From assembly GCA_900617105.1 (NCBI GenBank), contig UYFQ01000249.1, positions 1-55,554 on the forward strand: a stretch of 55,554 nt of DNA, given 5' to 3'. This document shows, in pieces, positions 46,201-55,554 of the stretch. Under the pieces are notes generated by a model that did no database searches, had not been told where the DNA came from, and saw nothing but the letters and a program-made list of their open reading frames with translations. The stretch's first letter is position 1; the number at the start of each line of letters is the position of its first letter. The position numbers and the translations under genes were made by a program. Source of the stretch: Hydrurus foetidus (lineage: Eukaryota).

Positions 46201-48035
46201 AACTACTCACAAGACAGCTATTCGAGCAATTCGCTGCCACGGCTGAAAAATTCTTTACTGGCAGGGATAGAAACACATCACAAATGGCGAAGCCTATCTG
46301 CGGAGACAATTCCTCGTCTCATGGATCGATGAGAATGACAAAGATGCTGTTGATGGATTTGATATGATACTTCGAAAACTGCTACGCTTTTTACCTGAAC
46401 AGCCGGCCGTAAAGTTACGGCAGGTCACACGGTCAACGGCTAATTACCTCTCTACCTTACGGCCGTGTGGCTAACGACCACTATTGCCCAACTATTTCTG
46501 CACTTTGGCTACATTGCTGGCTGCATCGAGGATGAAGCAAGAAATCTTCTTCGCGACGCTCCACTTCGCTTTATTATCTCAGAACGTAACTTTTTCGTGT
46601 TTGTCAAAGATACAGTAATTCCAGTACCCCATGAATAGTGCACATTGTGCGCTAACTGATATTTTGAACAGAAATAGGAAAGAAAATATGCTCGAGTTGA
46701 AAGCTCGATTTCCAAATACTCTGAATTAGTTGCGCCGAATTCGAGTGTTTGTTACATGTTACAAGTTGACTTATTTGTTACTTCTCTCAATGAGTTTTAT
46801 ACCGACATTATGTGAGCAGGTCATGTCGTGTCGTGTCATGTCATTTAGTGTTGTGTGGCTTTCTATCCCTTCCAAAGGCGTGTGAGTGGACGCGCATATG
46901 CATGTATAATATAAATACAGATGACGGAAGTGCGCGTGAAGATGGTGCAAGGCAGACAGTAACCAAGTGCGGTGAACTCGGAGTTAAAGCGTGTTGAACA
47001 GTGCAACACTTAATGTCGCAGCGCGATAAATGTACATTAATTCTAAAGATGCAAGTCTAACATTTATTTTAAAGGTGAATTCGCAAGCATTTATTTCGTG
47101 TATTCTAGTACGTTCCATGTTGCGAGTTACATTATATGTTTTAATAATCGATGTAGCATCAAGATTCGATATGGGGCGGATCACCATAGGGTTCGGGTTG
47201 TGGATCTGATTCAAATCAGATAAGGCTTCATCATTTTAGCTGCTATATCATTCAATAACAATCCAATTAGTACTGTATCGCCCAAGTGAAAATGAGCAGA
47301 CGCACATATGTACGCCCACTCTGTGCCTTCTCTCCTTCCTCCTTTCATTCCTTCTTCTTCCTTTCTCCCCCTCTGTGTCTTCTGACTTCAAGAGTAAGCA
47401 ATCCAATACGCCCACCTCCCATCACCCTGCCCCTCATCTGACTTCATCACCATAACTAAACTGAGCGAAACTGAGCTCTGTGAGGAAGTCAGGTTGAACT
47501 ACCCAGTTGCATTCTTTTAAATCGTCTTTCCTTTCCTTGTCAAGCCACACCTCACCGGTGCTGAACACTTTTAATGCCAGATTGATCCCGAGATAGATAG
47601 CTCGCCCACCAACGTGTGCAGTTGCAATCGCATCAAAAGTGCAGCACAGTAGTCGAGAAGACCTGTTGTGACGTAACGTACGTTAAGTACATCAGACCAG
47701 ACCAGACCAGACCAGCACTGGGTGACTTTGTTCTGAACTGGACTGGTGTTTAGTGTGCGACAGTTGGTCAATGTTCCTTGCACTATGCGGCTATCAGATG
47801 ATATCCCCAGCAAGTAGCAATATCTCTCGGCATCATGCAGTCTAGTAAGCGCTTTGAATGGCTTCTCTCCAGTCATTTCTCGCAACGATGATAGTCCCTA
47901 AAGAGATCAGACAGATCACGCGATAGTTTCACTTTCACTCCTCGTATTCACTTTCCGCTATTGTCTTGATAATTCAAAGAAGATTCTTCAGCACATCGCT
48001 AGGAACATTATTTCATGGAATGTTCTTTCCTTCTT

Positions 48036-49400
48036 TCACAGCACATTGTCCCCAGCGTGTTCGTCGTATTGCTCCATGTCGGCAAGGGCTCCTGAAAATT
48101 GAGCGTTCTTCGATTCTGAAGAACTGCAACAAATGCACAGACACAGAATAGCTGAGGGAAGAAAAAGGAAAAAACCGAAAGAAAGCAAACTGGCCGGCCC
48201 GGTCCAATTTGTGTGATTTACCCCCGCCCCCCCATAGGCGAGTTGTAGGTTTTGAAGAGAGGAATAGTCGTATTTGGCCGTGATATTCTGCTTGCAAGTA
48301 CTGGACAGTTTGCCATTGATCGATCCATCGATGCAGCCACGTAGACAATTGACAGAATAAGGATATCTGTTCTGAAAGTGATAATGATAGAAAGAATGGT
48401 CGTCAGAACTATGACCACCGCAATTATCTAAATCCTTAGGAAACTTTTTTTTCTCCGTATACGGACCGTATATCGGGATTCCGTCCGCCATAAATCCCAC
48501 CAAAGGAGAATGACCGGAATATGACTCGTTGTACCAAGTGCTGATCTCAGGGCAGTAGATGACGTCTGTGTGAGAAGGATATCTCACTCCGGGCATTGCG
48601 TTGTAGTGGTAATATCCGGTGATGGGGACGCTGAACGGTCCCCGATAAGGGGGGGAAGAGAATCCTCCACACTGGTCATACGTATCAACTGTACAGTAAT
48701 TGAGCGATGAAGGTATCAGTGATGGAGCAATGAAGTATCAGTAATTGAGCAGTTAAGGTAGCAGTAAGTTTCGTTGATAAATCTCTAGGAAATCGAGTGA
48801 TAATGTTGTAACGCTATTTCATGGTCGAATTATCACAGCTCAATGACTCCTCCTTACAGCACAGCATGCATTGAATTGAACTCGATCAGAACACCTACCA
48901 TATTCCTCAACAGAATCCTCTCCGTCGCTAATTGATGGGCCGTAAATCGGAATGCCGTTTAGCGCAACTCCAATTGGACCAGACACTGAATTCGACTTCC
49001 CGACAAAGGTTGGTGTGATCGATATAATCGGAACTAATGGTATGCTGTATGAGAACTTGTATTCGCCAGCTGTTTCTCTATCTTTTGGACGAGTCTGAGA
49101 GTTCCAATCATAGCCAGGACATGAATTTCCACTCAGAAGTCTCCGAACACCATCAGGATATGAGGAAAATTTAGCAGATGGAAGGTCTTGACCGCATTCA
49201 GGAGCCAAGAGCTTCGCCCATCCAGCACCAATTACCAAGAGCAATATTGAGCCAACTAGAAATATCGGGGCAAAAATTAACCTAATTCTTTTACGACCGG
49301 TTCGACTTTGCATCCAGTCCCACGTCCCATCACAACAGAGTCTTATATCAGTTAAAACAGCTTTAGGCTCAAAAATGTGTTCCTTTTTCTTCCATGACAT
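48036..49400 (-). CDS. YHYH-domain membrane protein (2 exons: 49400-48899, 48688-48036)
   Basis: Motifs GPIGVALNGIPIYGP, DQCGG..YYHYN, HSPLVGFMADGIPIYGPY and LDNCGGH...YHYH. Hydrophobic segments lie near both ends, and the splice keeps the frame. Confidence 0.88.
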
Positions 49401-50347
49401 CTTAAGCGTAGTCAACTGAAATTTGGTGATTTGACGTCTACAATAGCTGAGAGGCAATGACGTCGAATTGAAGCTGTCAGAGGCTGTTTTGATGACCAGC
49501 AGAAACCTGTCTGTGCTAAACAGCTTGGAGAAAACTAGACTGAATGAAGGGAGTGTCGAGAGATTCAGTTGTAAATCAACCATCAACCGCTTCTTACATG
49601 TGTACGTACGACACGTACACAGTACTGCACTTTTTCAATCCCACCATCCATCCCACATCCACCGCAGAGCAGACCTGACCAATTATTAATTGTGAGGCGT
49701 AATTAATCACATTTAATCAAAGATTAATCGTACGCAAGTATTTATCATCTAATTACCTACTAGGATTATAAATCCTACGATTAGTTTCAAAATTAATCGT
49801 CGGTCACCTCTGCCGCAGGGGGAGTATTGAATTCAATCTTCTCTTATAATTCGTTATGTATGTGGTAAAGCATATATAATTTTCATCTTGCGGGAGAATT
49901 AAAACTTGGGTAAGAGTAATGATTGAATCGGGATTGGACGTAGTTTAATTCATTTGAAATTCTTTCGGGGTAGGAATAGGTGCTCAAGTATCTTTCACAA
50001 TATTCTGAAATAGTAACCCTAATGTAGTAGTATCATGCGCATCAGTTTCCGAATACACGTCATAATTTCACATGGGAGATTTGTACATTTTTTTTTCCAA
50101 TAATTTAACTACAAGTGTAGGTTAAATGCGTTCTGATATGATAAGAATCAGAACATTAAGGTAACGAAGCAAAAAAGAATAAAATAGGGAACTCTAGAAA
50201 TGTTGAAGTCGCAATGATTGTGACAAATTGTCAGAAAAAAAATCAAACTTTGAGAACCACTTACACTACCATCGAGAGATGCATAAGGACTCTACTCTCG
50301 CTAAAAAGTAAAAAAAAAGAAGAAGAAAAATAGCGCTTCTTGCAAAA

Positions 50348-51604
50348 ATGGTTTTTGGCGCAGCAAATCCACCACCTGCGGGACTCGCAGATTCATCACC
50401 CCAAATCATACCAAACCGAACCGTACCGAATTGGAACGAACATTGGGACAACAACTTCTTGGAGGAAGACTTCGCTTCGCTTCCGATGATATGGGATAGA
50501 TATGGTGAAATATGCCAATTTATTCCACCTCAGCTACAGCCCCCCACATTTCATTCCCTCTTTCGACATGCCGCAGCAATCAGCCATTGCCATGCAATTA
50601 GATTATGTCAGGAACCAAATCGGGAAAGTGCCTGTCCTGAAGAAGTGAGAACGCAAATTTATCGTTACTGCTGTAGAATGCTAGAAAACAGTGCGAGTAA
50701 TGGAATACCGACGTCTAAGGGCTCACACTTCTCTCATTTAATTAATTTCAGGTATGCGCTCTTACTGGAAGAAAAGACGAAGATAAATTATGAATACTTT
50801 GCGACGGGTATCATCGTGATCCTCTTCTTCATGTTATTTTCAGGTACGAGAAAGTAATCAAAATCTTTCACTAACTGCTGAATTATGTCACAAACTTGCT
50901 CCTGCATCTAACAAAAGAAAGACTTTTCCTCACACAGGCTTCGGGGCTGAACTTGTTGTGCATCTTTTCGCATTTGTCTACCCTTTCATCGCCACCGTAA
51001 GATGCTTGGAGGCTCCGGTAGTTAAAGGGGATGCCAGTAACGACACTACCGAATGGCTGATGTACTGGGGTAAGACTTTTTCCCAGAATTGAACCATCAC
51101 CTGTTTAATTCCTTCCTCATCGGATTTATATCTGTAAACACTCCCTGTCTCCACTCACCAAAGGTCCATCAAATACACCACTAATAACCATTCTCTCCTC
51201 ATGTTTTCCTTCTGTCAATCGCATGGCAGTTGTCTACGGGTTCCTAGGAGTATTGGATTATTTTGCTGATTACATTCTGTTCTGGATTCCTTTCTTCTCA
51301 CCGCTCAAACTTGCTTTTCTTGTCTGGTGCTGGGCGCCAAACACAAAAGGTAAAGTCCTTTGTTCTGATTCCTTATTCTGTCAGCACTCTTTTTGAATTA
51401 TTCAGGATAAGCTTTTACAGTCACTGTGCTGTGATCAACGAAAAATTGAGATATGAAAAGACAGGGATTGAATCTACAATTTCTTGCTAATGTTATCGTA
51501 TTATTTTTTTACATTTTTTTACTTCATCAGGTGCAAATGTTATTTATAAGAATATCCTCCAGCCATTGTTCAATAAGCGTGAAAGCGAAATTGATGGCAT
51601 TTAA
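50348..51604 (+). CDS. TB2/DP1/HVA22 (REEP/YOP1) family ER-shaping protein (multi-exon)
   Basis: Exons give FAFVYPFIATVRCL...EWLMYW|VVYGFLGVLDYFADYILFWIPFFSPLKLAFLVWCWAPNTK|GANVIYKNILQPLF...*. N-terminal exon structure is less certain. Confidence 0.85.
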
Positions 51605-51727
51605 ATTCAGTTGGAGTGAAGAAAATAAATCATTATCATAATTTACGACTAAATGAAGAGATGAGAAGGGAAGGGAAGGTTTAGTGATGACGCCATGTTG
51701 TATTACAAGAGAAGAGAAGCGTACAGT

Positions 51728-51999
51728 TCTGACGCAACAAGCAACAAGCACAACAATTTTGGCATACATGAAAGTGGAAGGGAAGGAGGCGGTGCACAGC
51801 ACAGACATGGAGAAATGCAGAGAGAGAAATAATAATGAAGAAGATGAAGAAGGAGAACGCGGGCTCTGACACAACAAACAACAAGCACAACAATTTTGAC
51901 ATACATGAAAGTGAAAGGGAAGGAGACGGTGCACAGCACAGACATGGAGAAATGCAGAGAGAGAAATAATAATGAAGAAGATGAAGAAGGAGAACGCGG
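51728..51999. repeat. 137-bp tandem duplication (2 copies, slightly diverged)
   Basis: TCTGAC(G/A)CAACAA...GGAGAACGCGG starting at 51728 and 51865. Confidence 0.9.
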
Positions 52000-52597
52000 A
52001 ACATTAAAATGAGAATTATTGCCTTGATAGCTTCGCTCAAAGTAGCTACCGTGATTCGATTTCAATTCACTTCGTTTCTTTTCATTCCCTTTCCACTCAC
52101 TGACTTCATGAACTATTAGGAGCAACTCAAATCAAATCAAATCAAATCAAATACGGCGATAAAATCACTGAAAATATTTTAGTTAGTACGGTTTATCGTG
52201 AGAGCGCGATTTGACAACTTTTACTTTGGCTGGCTGACTTGACTCTACTCTACTTCCATGATTATCCGCGATCCTAATAACTTTATCCGCTCGTTGCATG
52301 CGTGCGTATGAACATTGGAACCAAGTAACTAATGAACATTCATTCATTCTATCGCGCCATACCGTGCCGTAATGTAATGTGATGTGGTGGTTCTGGGCAT
52401 GTTACTTCCTACTGTGTGTTTCTTGCGCTTCTTCTGGACACCCTATACCCTGTGGCCTACGACACATCTGTCTCACTTCACTGAAAGGTAAAGGAAGGTA
52501 GGAAGCGGAAAGATGTGCCGCACTGTCGAAGTCACAGCTGAACAAGATTTTCTCATATTCTTACTCGCCAGATATCGACCGCTGAGAACAACGGTTC

Positions 52598-55500
52598 TCA
52601 CTCTATATTCGTCAAATATGCTTCAAGAGAATACTGAAAAGGGCTGCCATGTTCTGACACTAACAATATGCTCCGTATCTTCTCTTCTCTTCTTTCTCGA
52701 CAATGACATCTGCTGTGCGGTGGGTACGAATAACTGTTGCCGATACAGTGCTGCTCCGTCCAGTGGGCGACCACACTCAAGCAACGCACCTGCTTTCATT
52801 TATTCCCTCGCTTTCACAGTGGAAAGCGTGAAACCCCCACACATCTCCCTTGCACGTCAGCAAATGAAAGTGAGAGAGGAGGAAATTCACGTTGGTAAAA
52901 TAACAATAAAATAAATAAAAAATGAAAATAAATGCGTTAAAATAAATTGACTTGGAGAACGTCAAAACGAAGGCGACAGATTCTTTTGCCTTCTTCATAT
53001 TCGTATCGGACATACTTTACGGTACGTACTGTACTGTGCGTATCACAATGACAGCATACAGTACAGTACAGTACTGTACTGTACTGTACTGTACTGTACT
53101 GTACTGTGCTGTACTGTACTGTACTGTACTGTACTGTACTGTACTGTACTGTACTGTACTGTACTGTACTGTACTGTACTGTACTGTACTGTACTGTACT
53201 GTACTGTACTGTACTGCACTGTACTGCACTGTACTGTACTGTACTGTATCATACTGTATCATACTGTACTATACTGCACTGTGCTGTACTGTATTATACT
53301 GTGCTGTACTGTATCATACTGTATTATACTGTACTGTACTGCACTGTGCTGTATTGTATTATACTGCACTGTGCTGTATTGTACTTTTTTGTACTGTGCG
53401 TACCTAATTACAGTTGAGTCTTCATTTTTTCATTTTTTCGCAGCGCACATATATTTTTTATTTTCTGCAGAGATGGCGGTATTGGAAAAATTGGAAAAAA
53501 ATCAAGTCCATCTATTTGAACATTGAATCTGTTCATGCCGCTGACCGCTTCGACAGAATGCACTCCCAGACACACCTCTTGAATGCGTTCGTACGCGATG
53601 TACAACTGCACAAACTGTTTTTTATTTGCCTCATCTGTAATATACGGATAACTAAGCGGATCCGTTAAATCTTCTTTTTCATTAATTCCGTAAAAATCAG
53701 ATTCTGATCCAATTATTCCAACTCGTCGAAATTTTTCGGAGATATTTGACGATTTTCCGTTTCTTTCATGTGTTGGTTCGAAATTTTCATCATCATAAGG
53801 GTCATTGTTATTGTCCGTTTTTTTCTTTTCTTTTATTTCTACTGCTATATTTGCTTTCGACATGTCCGTGTTACGCGATGCGGATATCGCAATCTCAATA
53901 ACATCTTGTTTCTTCAGATTAGGTGTGACATTCACTGCAACTAAATCATCATCGAATCCGATTTCTTTGATTGATTTTAATTTCTCTTGATTGCTTTTGT
54001 ATTTTCTGATTCTCTCTCTTTCCTCTTCGTCAGCTCTGTTCTGTGCAGTATGATATAATCAAAAATCATAATATTATTTTACAAACTCTATTCACGAATT
54101 GTGTTGGTAGAAAGTATGAGAAAAGGGGTCAGCATACTCAAAATTGTAATTACCAATTGTGTAGGCAATAAATGAGATTGACAGATAGTCCTTTACTTCA
54201 CAATGATTGATTGTTAACATATCGATTTATGATTTCAGAAATAGCATTGTTGTCACATCACAACTATAAATTCGTCACATTTATTACGTTTCACAATATG
54301 TTCTGTCCTTTGTCCATCCCATGATTTGCAGTGTGTTGTGCTACACAACATACTCACAGGAGGCAAGGTAAGGTACCAAAATGACAAATATTTCAGAAGC
54401 AAATTTGCTACATCTCATTTAAGAATAAAAACGGTCGATGGGTCGTGTGAAGAAAGCACAACTCAAACATATTTTTGAAATTTCTACTTCGCTTACCACC
54501 AAATAAATTTTCAAATCTTCGAATATTTCATTCATGTCTAGATTAGTTTTCTTTTTCCATTTTTCGAATATTGCTGATACGTATCCCTCCTCGCTACTAA
54601 ACTAAAAATGAAGAAGATGAAAGAAGAAAGTGAGTAGATAAAAAAAGATAAGAGAAGAGAAGGGAAGAGAAGAGTAGAGTAGAGAAGAGAAGAGAACAGT
54701 AGAGTAGAGAAGAGAGGAGTAGAGAAGAGAAGAACGTGAAAGGAAACAAAAAAGAGAGAAAGGATTGGACAGGATAAGAAAGAAATGAACTAGCTATCTG
54801 TGGCAACAATTGAATGAAAGGAAAATATTTAAACTGAATAAAACGCATTGAATTTAATCCCAACGTAACTCTCTCTCTCTCTCTCCCTCTCATTGTCAGT
54901 AAATGTTGTACAAAATAATGAAACAACATGACGCTAAGAAACGAATTTGAAACAATAAGATGCTTGAGAATTACTGATAAAACATCATTTTTATTGATTT
55001 ATTTGATAAGATACAGTGGCTTATAATCCTCAAAACAGAAATTTAAATCAACAAATTTTGGCAGAATACAAAATACAAAATACAAAAAAAATCTTCACAG
55101 TATACAGAATACAGCAGAAAAAGTACGTACTTCAGGGGGGAATGTTCTTTTTGTCCAGAGACTGGACAGACTCAGTCTCGATATGAATAGAGACAGTGAC
55201 TTGAAGGTGAAAGAGAGCTGACATAGCTGAATATATTATGACAAATCATTACATAATATACAATACAATATATGATAATAAAATACACAATTAATTAGTT
55301 GGGGTTAATGTTCTGTCATATTTACATTTAAGTGTAGGAAATAAAGAAATTATTCGAATAATAAATACTTTGATAATTGCCTTATTCTGCATGATGGAAA
55401 TGTCGATCATAAATTACGAGGGAGCATTGTTCTCCGCATTATAAAGCTCTTCATTCTCGATGCACCCACACACATACCCAAACCAATTCACACATAAGCA
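52598..55500 (-). CDS. 3' part of a spliced hypothetical protein; probably starts beyond the right edge
   Basis: Charged, coding-looking exons at about 54040-53505 (…LYIAYERIQEVCLGVH…), about 53030-52950 and about 52780-52600, plus short segments near 54500-54590 and 55110-55230 with GT/AG ends. No family recognised. Confidence 0.5.
53058..53400. repeat. (GTACT)n microsatellite, intronic
   Basis: Directly visible. Confidence 0.93.
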
Positions 55501-55554
55501 CGCGCACACTCGCATGTAGGTACATACGTACCTTCAGTCCAGTGATAGCGTTCA

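Noticed and set aside
47571..47885. 104-aa minus-strand ORF
   Set aside because: No recognisable motif or splice context, and it contains simple repeats.

Overview
Eukaryotic nuclear DNA with GT-AG introns, many of them filled with microsatellites. The gene and transposon style suggests a stramenopile, possibly a chrysophyte (inference only). Left 9.3 kb: an intron-containing HTH + integrase-core (DDE, IS3EU-like) transposase gene on the minus strand, with a 209-bp tandem array in one intron. Just upstream is a full-length, apparently very young Ty1/copia retrotransposon (3809-9336) with 333-bp LTRs that look identical and a TCACG target-site duplication. Its primer-binding site is not tRNA-like but perfectly complementary to a 10-mer inside its own LTR, which suggests Tf1-style self-priming in a copia element (top finding). 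The rest holds spliced host genes: an EF-hand-like protein, a signal-peptide TPR-GT41 (OGT-like) protein fused to a SAM methyltransferase, a conserved hypothetical protein, an MFS transporter, a D-box/KEN-box repeat protein, a PDI-like protein, a YHYH protein, an HVA22/REEP protein and a partial unknown gene. Several MITE-like and foldback elements are also present. Exon boundaries were read by eye and need RNA-seq confirmation.
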